DNA of 64,000 nucleotides from an uncultured Zhenpiania sp. Lineage in GTDB: Bacteria; Bacillota; Clostridia; Peptostreptococcales; Anaerovoracaceae. The stretch lies in assembly GCA_964625475.1 (NCBI GenBank), contig CAZVBL010000004.1, positions 1,143 through 65,142 of the forward strand, in the 5' to 3' direction. Numbering within the stretch: position 1 is the first letter of the stretch; each line of letters opens with the position of its first letter. The notes beneath the pieces were generated by a model. The model was not told the DNA's origin and ran no database searches. It saw only the letters and a program-made list of their open reading frames with translations. Made by a program: the position numbers and the translations under genes. Below, piece by piece: positions 39,576 through 48,627 of the stretch.

Positions 39576-40139
39576 TTACCCCATCACCCCCAGGTGCTCC
39601 AGCAGGATTTTTATCCCCATCAAAATCAGCACGATTCCCCCGAACAACTCTGCTTTTGCCCTGTACCGCATGCCAAAGACATTGCCAATCCAAAGGCCAG
39701 CGGCGGACAGGACGAAAGTCGTGGCTCCGATGAAGGAAATGGCTGGGACGATCCGCACTTTCAAGAATGCGAATGTGATGCCGACCGTCAGGGCATCGAT
39801 GCTGGTGGCCACTGCCAGGGGGAGCATGGTCTTCGCTCCAAAGGAATCGTTCAACCTTTCCTCCTGCCCGCTCCTGGATTCCCGAATCATGTTCGCACCG
39901 ATGAGCACCAGCAGCACAAAGGCGATCCAATGGTCGATGCTGGCGATCAGGAACTGGAACTGTTTTCCCAGCAAATAGCCGGACAAGGGCATGATCGCCT
40001 GGAATCCCCCGAAATACAGTCCTGTAACCATGACGTGCCTGGCCTGCACTCGCCGCACGGACAGCCCCTTGCAAATGGACACGGCAAAAGCATCCATGGA
40101 CAGCCCCACTGCGATGACAAACAGTTCCCACAAACCCAT
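39576..40139 (-). CDS. mntP: Manganese efflux pump MntP
   Basis: [28 protein letters not shown]. Confidence 0.93.
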   Translation of the reverse strand: MGLWELFVIAVGLSMDAFAVSICKGLSVRRVQARHVMVTGLYFGGFQAIMPLSGYLLGKQFQFLIASIDHWIAFVLLVLIGANMIRESRSGQEERLNDSFGAKTMLPLAVATSIDALTVGITFAFLKVRIVPAISFIGATTFVLSAAGLWIGNVFGMRYRAKAELFGGIVLILMGIKILLEHLGVMG

Positions 40140-40166
40140 ATGCGAGCATCCCCTTTCTTCCCTTGC

Positions 40167-40304
40167 TTACGACAACGCAAAAGCGCCTCCCCCATTGTTT
40201 CCCATCGCATGGGGGAAGCACCCCGCATCTTCCATCCCAATGGCACGCCCTATCGAAAGGAACGGGATTCCCGTCCATGATTGAAACGTTTCTCGTTCTT
40301 TCAT
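40167..40304 (-). CDS. Putative 45-aa small/leader protein upstream of mntP
   Basis: RBS AAGGAGG-7nt-ATG; MKERETFQSWTGIPFLSIGRAIGMEDAGCFPHAMGNNGGGAFALS*; downstream of a TATACT -10. Confidence 0.4.
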   Translation of the reverse strand: MKERETFQSWTGIPFLSIGRAIGMEDAGCFPHAMGNNGGGAFALS

Positions 40305-40487
40305 TTGGCTGCCTCCTTTTCACACCTTATTAGTATACGATAAAAAGGGGACAGCCACAACCACAAAAATGGCATTGCCGCGACTTCTGCATGTCGAACG
40401 CACGGAGAAGTTTTGCCGTGGCAGCGGTTGCGCTTGATTAAAGAACGTCCCTGTGGTAAACTACTGCTGGAATTGGAGAAATTTTTC

Positions 40488-41066
40488 ATGAAAAATTTGA
40501 TACGAAGCGCTACCCAAACCGCCCTGTTTTTCGCATCCCAGTATCTGGCTCCCGGCGATGCTGCCATTGACGCCACCTGTGGAAATGGAAACGACACCAT
40601 TGCCCTGGCCAAAATGGGCGCAGGAACGATTTATGCTTTCGATGTCCAGAAAGAAGCCCTACGGCGGACGAAAGCCGCCCTGATCCGGGAGAGCCTTGAT
40701 TCGGAAAACGTGCATCTGATCGCATGCGGCCATGAACGCATGACGGAGCATGTCAAGGAAAAGGTCAAGGTCATCCTCTTTAACCTGGGCTATCTTCCCT
40801 CTTTTTCAAAGACCATCGCAACGAGGAAAGAGACGACCCTGGCTGCCGTTTCCCAGGGGCTGGCACTACTCCAGAAGGATGGGCTTTTGTGCGTCACCAT
40901 GTACAGCGGCCATCCAGGCGGAGCCGAAGAAAAAGAGGCACTCCTGGACTTTGCCAAAACGCTGGATGAAAAAAAATACCATGTTGCGCATGTCAACATG
41001 CTGAACCAACGGAACCATCCGCCTGAATTATTGCTCATTACATTGAAATGGGGTGTTGAACCATGA
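40488..41066 (+). CDS. Class I SAM methyltransferase, YtqB/MnmM-like
   Basis: DATCGNGNDT, FNLGYLP, YSGHPGG. Confidence 0.85.
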   Translation: MKNLIRSATQTALFFASQYLAPGDAAIDATCGNGNDTIALAKMGAGTIYAFDVQKEALRRTKAALIRESLDSENVHLIACGHERMTEHVKEKVKVILFNLGYLPSFSKTIATRKETTLAAVSQGLALLQKDGLLCVTMYSGHPGGAEEKEALLDFAKTLDEKKYHVAHVNMLNQRNHPPELLLITLKWGVEP

Positions 41067-42484
41067 AAAAAACGAAAATCATATGCACGCTGGGGCCTGC
41101 CAGCCGCAGCGAAGCAGTTTTGAAGGACATGCTCCTTGCCGGGATGAATGTGGCTCGGCTCAATTTTTCCCACGGCGACCATGCCGAACATCGAGATGCC
41201 ATCCTGCGCTTTCGCAAGGTGCGGGACAGCCTTGGCCTTTCTGCCGCTGTGCTGCTGGACACAAAGGGGCCTGAAATCCGACTCAGGGATTTTGAAAACG
41301 ACAGCGTTGTCTTGCGGCAGGGACAGACCTTTACCCTGACGACCAGGCAAATCGCCGGAAACCAGGAAGCCTGCGCTATCTCCTACGATGGGCTTCCCTC
41401 CCAGGTGAAGCCTGGGACTTCCATTCTCATCGATGATGGACGAGTGGCTTTGAAGGTTCGGGAAACCAAAGGCTCCGACATTGTCTGCCAGGTGGAAAAC
41501 GGCGGCAAAATCAGCAGCCGAAAGGGCGTGAACGTACCCAATACCCACCTGGATTTGAAATACCTCAGCGAAGCAGACAAACGAGATCTGCGCTTTGGCA
41601 TTGAAAACGACGTGGATTACGTGGCGGCTTCCTTTGTCCGCACCCCGCAGGATGTCCTGGATTTGCGAAGCTTTCTGAGGGAAAACGGCGGCGCGGCTAT
41701 CAAGATCATTTCCAAAATCGAAAACCTGGAAGGCATCGACAACTTCGACAAAATCCTGGAGCACTCCGATGGCATCATGGTTGCCCGGGGGGACATGGGC
41801 GTGGAAGTGGACTTCGCAAGGCTTCCCGGCATCCAGAAACGGTTCATCAAGAAGTGCTGCCAGGCAGGAAAAATCGTCATTACCGCCACCCAAATGCTGG
41901 AATCCATGGTGACGAATCCAACGCCCACCAGGGCGGAAATCACGGACGTGGCGAATGCCGTGTTCGATGGAACCTCCGCAGTCATGCTTTCTGGGGAAAG
42001 CGCCATGGGGAACTATCCCGTGCAGGCAGTGGAGCATATGGCCGAAATTGTCAAGCAGGCTGAAAAAGACGCTTTTGACGTAAAAGCCTATCGCATCCTG
42101 GATTATCAAATGGACGCAAAGGACAAATCCAACGCCATCAGCCATGCGGCCTGCACTACGGCTCAGGATCTCCGGGCAAAAGCTATCATCGCAGTGACCA
42201 CCTCTGGCTACACGGCAGAAAAAATGTCTAAATTCCGGCCTTTTCAGCCTATCGTAGCCGCAACCCCACAGGCAAAAACGTTCCATCAGCTGGCTCTCTC
42301 CTGGGGCGTATATCCCATGCTCACAAGCTATGAGGATCGATTGGATCGGTTGCTGGAACTTGCGATGGACGGCGCACAGGACATGGGCATCGCAAACGCA
42401 GGCGACACGGTAGTCATCAGCGCCGGGCTGCCGCTCCAAAGCTCCGGGAAAACGAATTTAGTACGAGTAGAAACGATCCCATGA
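41063..42484 (+). CDS. pyk: Pyruvate kinase
   Basis: RLNFSHG, LDTKGPEIR, IMVARGDMGVE, ATQMLESM, MLSGESA. Confidence 0.98.
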   Translation: MKKTKIICTLGPASRSEAVLKDMLLAGMNVARLNFSHGDHAEHRDAILRFRKVRDSLGLSAAVLLDTKGPEIRLRDFENDSVVLRQGQTFTLTTRQIAGNQEACAISYDGLPSQVKPGTSILIDDGRVALKVRETKGSDIVCQVENGGKISSRKGVNVPNTHLDLKYLSEADKRDLRFGIENDVDYVAASFVRTPQDVLDLRSFLRENGGAAIKIISKIENLEGIDNFDKILEHSDGIMVARGDMGVEVDFARLPGIQKRFIKKCCQAGKIVITATQMLESMVTNPTPTRAEITDVANAVFDGTSAVMLSGESAMGNYPVQAVEHMAEIVKQAEKDAFDVKAYRILDYQMDAKDKSNAISHAACTTAQDLRAKAIIAVTTSGYTAEKMSKFRPFQPIVAATPQAKTFHQLALSWGVYPMLTSYEDRLDRLLELAMDGAQDMGIANAGDTVVISAGLPLQSSGKTNLVRVETIP

Positions 42485-42593
42485 TTTCCAAAACCCCTTA
42501 ACGCATTCGTCAAAATTTGCTATAATGAAGGGGATGCCAAAGAAAAGACAACGGCGATCGGAACGATGAAGGGCTTCTTTTGCCAACAATCGC

Positions 42594-42629
42594 TTGGATC
42601 GATTGGACTGATTGGATCGATTGGATTGA
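42594..42629 (+). repeat. Four tandem 9-mers in the gpmI leader
   Basis: TTGGATCGA TTGGACTGA TTGGATCGA TTGGATTGA. Confidence 0.85.
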
Positions 42630-42660
42630 TCACAAATGCATTGCACTAGGAGGTAACATC

Positions 42661-44190
42661 ATGGAAATGCGCAAACGTCCAACCATGCTGATGATTTTGG
42701 ATGGTTTCGGTGAAAACGAGGATTCTTATGGGAACGCAATCGCCCAGGCCGCCACGCCTGCCCTGGACGAGATCTTTGGCGCATATCCCAGGACAACGCT
42801 GAAAGCCTGCGGCCTGGCGGTGGGTCTGCCGGAGGGTCAAATGGGAAATTCGGAGGTAGGCCATCTGAACATCGGTGCCGGGAGAATCGTGTACCAGGAG
42901 CTGACTCGCATCACCAAGGCAATCGAAGATGGCTCTTTCCTGGAAAACGAGGCCATTGACAAGGCCATGGAGCATGTACGCAAAAACGGCTCTGCTCTCC
43001 ACCTTGCCGGACTCCTTTCCGATGGCGGCGTACACAGCCACATCTCCCACTTGTTTGCCCTCATCGACATGGCGGCGAAAAAAGGAATCCAGGAATTATA
43101 TGTACACTGCTACCTGGATGGCCGCGACGTGCCGCCTCGCTGCGCCCTGACCTATGTGGAGCAGCTGGAGGCACACATGGCCAAAATTGGCCTTGGAAAA
43201 ATCGCCACTATAGCGGGTAGGTACTATGCCATGGATCGGGACAAACGTTGGGAGCGGGTGGTGAAAGCCTATGATGCCATCACGCTGCGGGAAGGCATCC
43301 AAGCCACAGATGGCGCATCCGCCATTTCCGCCGCTTATGAACGAGGCGAAAACGATGAATTTGTCCAGCCAACCTGTGTGGAAGGCGGCCACCCCCTCTG
43401 CGACAATGACGCAATGATCATGTTCAACTTCAGGCCTGACCGCGCCAGGGAAATCACCAGGGCACTGGTAGCAAATGATTTTGACGGATTTGTCCGCAAA
43501 AAGGTTGTCCGTAATTTATTTTATGTGTGCATGACCCAATATGACGCAGAAATGCCCAATGTGGAAATCGCCTACCCGCCCCAAAGGCTGAAAGCAACCC
43601 TGGGGGAATACCTTGCGGATCTTGGCCTGAGCCAGCTGCGAATCGCAGAAACGGAAAAATACGCCCATGTGACATTTTTCTTCAACGGCGGCGTGGAGGC
43701 ACCCAACAAAAACGAAGATCGCATCCTGATTCCTTCGCCAAAGGTAGCCACTTACGACTTGCAGCCGGAAATGAGCGCATACCTTGTGACAGACAAGGTT
43801 CTCGAAGAAATCGCCGCTGACAAATACGATGTGATCATCCTTAACTTTGCCAATGCGGACATGGTGGGACATACTGGCGTGATGGAAGCCGCCATTGCTG
43901 CCATCGAAGCCCTGGACAAATGCGTCCCGAAAATCGTGGACGCAGTGCTTGCCAAAGGTGGCCAGATCCTGCTGACCGCAGACCATGGAAACGCCGACAA
44001 CATGTTGAACCCGGATGGATCCGTGGTGACGGCCCACTCCCTCAACGAGGTGCCGCTGCTCCATATTGCGGACAGCCCTGTGAAATTGAAGGACGGCGGC
44101 AAACTGGCGGACTTGTCCCCCACCCTTTTGGATTTGATGGGGCTGGAAATACCGAAGGAGATGACCGGGGAGAGTCTCGTGGAAAGATAA
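42661..44190 (+). CDS. gpmI: 2,3-bisphosphoglycerate-independent phosphoglycerate mutase
   Basis: ILDGFG, MGNSEVGH, GRYYAMDRD, DMVGHTG, TADHGN. Confidence 0.98.
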   Translation: MEMRKRPTMLMILDGFGENEDSYGNAIAQAATPALDEIFGAYPRTTLKACGLAVGLPEGQMGNSEVGHLNIGAGRIVYQELTRITKAIEDGSFLENEAIDKAMEHVRKNGSALHLAGLLSDGGVHSHISHLFALIDMAAKKGIQELYVHCYLDGRDVPPRCALTYVEQLEAHMAKIGLGKIATIAGRYYAMDRDKRWERVVKAYDAITLREGIQATDGASAISAAYERGENDEFVQPTCVEGGHPLCDNDAMIMFNFRPDRAREITRALVANDFDGFVRKKVVRNLFYVCMTQYDAEMPNVEIAYPPQRLKATLGEYLADLGLSQLRIAETEKYAHVTFFFNGGVEAPNKNEDRILIPSPKVATYDLQPEMSAYLVTDKVLEEIAADKYDVIILNFANADMVGHTGVMEAAIAAIEALDKCVPKIVDAVLAKGGQILLTADHGNADNMLNPDGSVVTAHSLNEVPLLHIADSPVKLKDGGKLADLSPTLLDLMGLEIPKEMTGESLVER

Positions 44191-44280
44191 CTCTCCTGCA
44201 TGCGCCGATTGGGGATTCTAAAAGGCAGCCTTGTTTCTTTCGGGATGCCTGTCCCCAATCGTCAGATATCCAATCGTACA

Positions 44281-44378
44281 GAGCGCGCTCCAGGGAATCC
44301 CACAAGCCGCCGCACCCGCACGGCATCGGTCATTTCCCCGAAGGCGAGTGCGCTCCAGGGAATCCCACAAGCCGCCGC
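44281..44378. repeat. 33-bp direct repeat (32/33 identical), 65-bp period, abutting the sigF stop codon
   Basis: GAGYGCGCTCCAGGGAATCCCACAAGCCGCCGC at 44281-44313 and 44346-44378. Confidence 0.88.
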
Positions 44379-45118
44379 TACCGCACCATCTGCTCCCGCA
44401 TGCTTTGAAGCACTTTCTTTTCAATGCGGGACACCTGAACCTGGGAAATCCCGATTTTCCCTGCGATTTGCTGTTGCGTCATATCTTTGAAATACCGCAG
44501 GACGATGATCTGCCTTTCCCGCTCCGGCAGGGTTCCAATCATCATTTTCAAATCGATCAGGTTGACGTTCCTGTCCTCTTCTGAAACGTGGCTGACCTTC
44601 CTCTCCCGGTAGCCCTCGGAGATTTCGCCGTTGTCCAGGCTCTCCACGTTTGTCAGGGCTTCCGCCGCATCGAGGATTTCCAGTATCTTTTCAACTGGCT
44701 GCCCCATTTGCTCCGACAAGTAGCTGAGCTTTGGCCAGGAGCCGTGCCGGTTGTAATAGTCTTCCCTGATTTTTTTCAGGTTTCGCATGTCGGTTTTCAG
44801 CTGACGGCTCACCTTGATCCTGCCGTCATCGCGAATGTATCGCTTGATTTCCCCCAGAATCATGGGAACGGCATAGGTGGAAAACATCACGTTGAATTTG
44901 GTGTCAAACCGATCGATGGCTTTTAGCAGGCCCATGAAGCCGATCTGCAAAAGATCGTCCAGCTCGCAGCCGGATCCGACAAATTTCAAAGCCAGGTTCT
45001 TTACAAGTCCTGTGTTCTGCGCGACAATCAGCTCCCGCGCTTCCTGGTCGCCTTGCTGCGCCCGTTCAATCAGCGCATATGTATCTTCTTTTTTTGCCGG
45101 AACGTATTTAGAGGCCAT
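44378..45118 (-). CDS. sigF: Forespore sigma factor SigF
   Basis: DDLLQIG..GLLKAID, FSTYAVPMILGEIKR, SQVQVSRIEK; last gene of the spoIIA operon. Confidence 0.95.
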   Translation of the reverse strand: MASKYVPAKKEDTYALIERAQQGDQEARELIVAQNTGLVKNLALKFVGSGCELDDLLQIGFMGLLKAIDRFDTKFNVMFSTYAVPMILGEIKRYIRDDGRIKVSRQLKTDMRNLKKIREDYYNRHGSWPKLSYLSEQMGQPVEKILEILDAAEALTNVESLDNGEISEGYRERKVSHVSEEDRNVNLIDLKMMIGTLPERERQIIVLRYFKDMTQQQIAGKIGISQVQVSRIEKKVLQSMREQMVR

Positions 45119-45551
45119 CGCTGATATCGAGCTGCTTGGTCATCGTCACCGTCGTTCCCTCGCCAGTGCGAGACACAACCTCCAATCGATCCATGAAGCT
45201 TTCCATCACCGTAAAGCCCATGCCCGACCGTTCTTCTGCGCTCCCCGTGGTGAACATGGGTTCCCTGGCCTTTTCCACGTCCTCGATTCCCACGCCCCAG
45301 TCCCGCACGATGAGAATGACCTTTCCGCTGGGGCGGAGTTGGCATTCCAATTCTACCATTTGACCCGGATCTCCATCGTATCCGTGGATGATGCTGTTGC
45401 TTACCGCTTCCGACACGCCGGTCTTGATTTCCGTCAGTTCCTCGATGGTAGGATCCATGCAGGCGACGAAAGCCGCTGCCGCTGACCGGGCAAACCCCTC
45501 ATTCTCCGCTCTTGCGGAAAACTGCAGTTTCATCCTATTGTCCACTGGCAT
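45108..45551 (-). CDS. spoIIAB: Anti-sigma F factor
   Basis: NEGFARSAAAAF, SEAVSNSIIHGY, RSGMGFTVMESFMD. Confidence 0.97.
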   Translation of the reverse strand: MPVDNRMKLQFSARAENEGFARSAAAAFVACMDPTIEELTEIKTGVSEAVSNSIIHGYDGDPGQMVELECQLRPSGKVILIVRDWGVGIEDVEKAREPMFTTGSAEERSGMGFTVMESFMDRLEVVSRTGEGTTVTMTKQLDISDGL

Positions 45552-45915
45552 TCACCTCCATTTTCATCTGCTCCTGCCCTTTCAACAGGCAAACCGCATC
45601 CTCTTTGTTTTTTTGCTTGTCCACCACGGTGAAAACGCCTGCCATGTACAAAATTTTCTCCACGAATTGCGAGCATCCTGCCAGGAAAATGCGGCCTCCC
45701 CGCTTCGTCACCTTGTTATAACGCCCCAGCACCATGCCGATGCCGGAGCTATCCATGAACGTCACCTTCTCGAAATCCAAAATCAAATGGCGGCAGCCAA
45801 AAGCAGCCATGGTTTCATCTATTTCATCCCGAAGGGTTCCTGCGCTGTGGTGATCCAGTTCCCCAAAGGCGGAAGCGATGAGAATGTCGTCCGTGGTTTG
45901 AAATTCCAATTGCAT
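45535..45915 (-). CDS. spoIIAA: Anti-anti-sigma F factor
   Basis: GELDHHSA, FMDSSGIG; RBS AAGGAGG before ATG 45915. Confidence 0.96.
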   Translation of the reverse strand: MQLEFQTTDDILIASAFGELDHHSAGTLRDEIDETMAAFGCRHLILDFEKVTFMDSSGIGMVLGRYNKVTKRGGRIFLAGCSQFVEKILYMAGVFTVVDKQKNKEDAVCLLKGQEQMKMEVNASGQ

Positions 45916-46007
45916 AAAAAGCCCCTCCTTTCTCACCCTTCCATTATATCCCCTGGAAAAGGGCTTGTCCTTAAGAGAAAAAGGGGAAATGCTTCTATTT
46001 TTGGCGA

Positions 46008-47198
46008 TTATTCCGGTTTTATGTCGATGGTTTCCCGGGAAGCCGCAGCTTCTGCGATCAGGGACTCGCAGTCCAGCTTGCTCTCTGACCGCAGGATTCG
46101 CTCCAGCTTTGGCTTTGTGGCCGGATGCTTTGGCAAAAATACGGTGCAGCAGTCCTCATAAGGCTGGATGGACGTTTCGTAAGTCCCGATTTCCCTGGCT
46201 CTGTCCATGATCTCCACCTTGTCCATGGCAATGAGGGGGCGCATGACGGGAAGCTGCACCGAAGCGTCCGTCACGACCAGGGCTTCCGCTGTCTGGCTGG
46301 CCACCTGTCCCAGGTTTTCCCCGGTAATGAGCATGCCGCAGCCCGTTTCCTTTGCTACCTGTTCCCCAATTCGCATCATGAACCGGCGAACCAGGATGGT
46401 GGTTTCTTCTTCCGGGCAGTTCTGGACGATCTGCTCCTGAATGGGCAGCAGGTTGATGACGTGCATTTTGAATCGCCCGCAGTAAACGGCCACGATCCTC
46501 GCCAAATCCTCCACCTTCTCCTGGGCGCGCTGGCTGGTATACGGATAGGAATGAAAGTGGATGGCTTCGATGAGCATGCCTCGCTTTGCCATCATCCAAG
46601 TGGCTACCGGGCTGTCGATGCCGCCGGAAAGCAGGCTCATGCCCTTGCCGTTGGTTCCCAGGGGCAGGCCGCCGAAGCCTGGGATTTTGTCCTGGTAAAT
46701 ATAGGACTTGTCGTGGCGCACATCCACGAACAGCAAGCAGTCCGGCTGGTTCACGTCTACCCGCAGCACCTTGCACCCAACCAGGATTTTCGCACCGATG
46801 ATCCGACCGATTTCCGGCGATTTGACAGGAAAATTTTTATCGGCTCGCTTCGCCTTTACCTTAAAGGTCCCGATGCCTCGCTCTTCGATGATTTCTTTCA
46901 TGTATGCGACCGCTGCTTCTCCGATGGCATCCAGGTTGGAGTCGGCTTCTACCGCCGGGCTGATGGAAGCCACGCCAAACACCTTGGAAATCTCATGGAT
47001 GATTTCCTGCTTTTCATAGGCTTTGTCCGCCCTGACGAAAATCAGGCCCTCGTGCCTTTTGACCTCAAAATTCTGGAATTTACGCTTGAGAAGTTTGCGG
47101 ATCCGCTCTGCCAGCATCCGCTCGAAATAAGGCTTGTTCATGCCCTTTAACGCCACTTCTCCGCATCTTACGATCAATATGTGCTGCTCGTTCAACAT
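46008..47198 (-). CDS. thiI: tRNA 4-thiouridine synthase
   Basis: THUMP domain, PP-loop LLSGGIDSPV, GQVASQT, PYEDCC. Confidence 0.97.
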   Translation of the reverse strand: MLNEQHILIVRCGEVALKGMNKPYFERMLAERIRKLLKRKFQNFEVKRHEGLIFVRADKAYEKQEIIHEISKVFGVASISPAVEADSNLDAIGEAAVAYMKEIIEERGIGTFKVKAKRADKNFPVKSPEIGRIIGAKILVGCKVLRVDVNQPDCLLFVDVRHDKSYIYQDKIPGFGGLPLGTNGKGMSLLSGGIDSPVATWMMAKRGMLIEAIHFHSYPYTSQRAQEKVEDLARIVAVYCGRFKMHVINLLPIQEQIVQNCPEEETTILVRRFMMRIGEQVAKETGCGMLITGENLGQVASQTAEALVVTDASVQLPVMRPLIAMDKVEIMDRAREIGTYETSIQPYEDCCTVFLPKHPATKPKLERILRSESKLDCESLIAEAAASRETIDIKPE

Positions 47199-47336
47199 CG
47201 TTCTCCTTGTCCTTCTGATTATCCCTAAATCGATTTGTCCCTCGATCGGAAGTTGCCTGAATCTGCCCGAAAACCATCTGGAGTCCCAAAATCCACCTGA
47301 ATCCAGAAGTGTCCGCAAACGATCCGAATCCCAAAC

Positions 47337-48533
47337 CTATCGAAAACTCCCCAGCTTTCGGAACCGTGCCACGGCTCCCTTTACTTTGTCAAGCACGATG
47401 TCCATTTCTTCCACGGTGTTGTACCTCCCAAAGCTGAACCGAATCGCGCCTTCGATTTCTTTGTCCGTCAACCCCATGGCTTTCAACACATGGCTCTGTC
47501 CTTTCTTGTTGGAAGCGCAGGCTGATCCAGTGGAAACGTAGATTCCATCCTGCTCCAGCGTATGGAGCAGGACTTCTGCTCGGGTGCCAAGGAACGATAC
47601 GTTGAGCACTGCCGGGCAGCCGTCCTGGGGGCTGTTGATTTTGATGTCCGAAATCTCCTGCCGGATTCCTTCCATCAGGTAGTTTCGCAGCACCCCCAGG
47701 TCCATCGTCCGCCCGTCAGGCGAATCCATCCCCGCAATGTCATCTGAAGGTTCCAATCGCTGAACCGCGCCGGATGACGATTCCTCCAGTCGCCGGATCA
47801 TGTCGGCAGCCGTGCCAAAGCCTGCGATGGCCGGCACGTTTTCCGTTCCCGAACGCATCCCATCCTCCTGGCCGCCTCCTACGAGAAACGCCGGGATATG
47901 GATATTGGGCGCGATCCACAAGGCGCCGATGCCCTTTGGCCCGTGGATCTTGTGGCCGCTGACGGAAATCATGTCAGCGGTTTTCGGCAGGGGCAGCTTC
48001 CCAAATGCCTGCACCCCATCGGTGTGGAGCACAGCCTTTTTTTTATGCTTCGCAATTTCATCGATGGGCATGACGGTTCCCGTCTCATTGTTGACCTGCA
48101 TGATGGAAATCAGGATGGTATCCTCATCGATCGCTTCTTTCAGCTGCTCCATGTCCAGGCGGCACTCGCCATCCACGCCTACGAAAACCACGTCAAACCC
48201 CTGCTGGGCCAGCCGTTTGCAGGCTTCCAGCACGGCAGGATGTTCCACCTGCGAAGTAACGATTCTGCGGCCTCGCTTTTTCCTGGCCGCCGCAGTTCCG
48301 AAAATGGCCATGCTGTCGGCTTCCGTTCCCCCGGAAGTAAAATACAGGTTTCCCCGGGATTGCCCCATGGCGTTCATGACTTTTTTCCGAGCCGTCTTCA
48401 CGGCCTTTTCTGCTGTGACTCCCAGCTGGTAAAGGGACGATGGGTTCCCAAAGTCCTCTTTCATGTATGCGATCATGGTTTCCGTCACCGCATCGTGTTG
48501 TCTGGTGGTGGCGCTGTTGTCTAAGTAAATCAT
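47337..48533 (-). CDS. Cysteine desulfurase paired with ThiI (NifZ/IscS2-like)
   Basis: YLDNSATT, SGHKIHGPKG, STGSAC; lies directly upstream of thiI. Confidence 0.93.
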   Translation of the reverse strand: MIYLDNSATTRQHDAVTETMIAYMKEDFGNPSSLYQLGVTAEKAVKTARKKVMNAMGQSRGNLYFTSGGTEADSMAIFGTAAARKKRGRRIVTSQVEHPAVLEACKRLAQQGFDVVFVGVDGECRLDMEQLKEAIDEDTILISIMQVNNETGTVMPIDEIAKHKKKAVLHTDGVQAFGKLPLPKTADMISVSGHKIHGPKGIGALWIAPNIHIPAFLVGGGQEDGMRSGTENVPAIAGFGTAADMIRRLEESSSGAVQRLEPSDDIAGMDSPDGRTMDLGVLRNYLMEGIRQEISDIKINSPQDGCPAVLNVSFLGTRAEVLLHTLEQDGIYVSTGSACASNKKGQSHVLKAMGLTDKEIEGAIRFSFGRYNTVEEMDIVLDKVKGAVARFRKLGSFR

Positions 48534-48627
48534 GTGGCGTTTCCTTATGCTTGCTATCTCCTGATGTCCTACAAATGGTTGTCAATGTCATCACTTCCTG
48601 AATGGAAGGTTTATCAAAATGAATCCC

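Noticed and set aside
44281-44378. CRISPR call for the 33-bp repeats with a 32-bp spacer
   Set aside because: Similarity continues beyond the repeat into sigF codons, there is no resemblance to known repeat families and no cas genes
47265-47340. Degenerate GAATCC-containing repeats between the desulfurase gene and thiI
   Set aside because: Units are irregular in length and sequence
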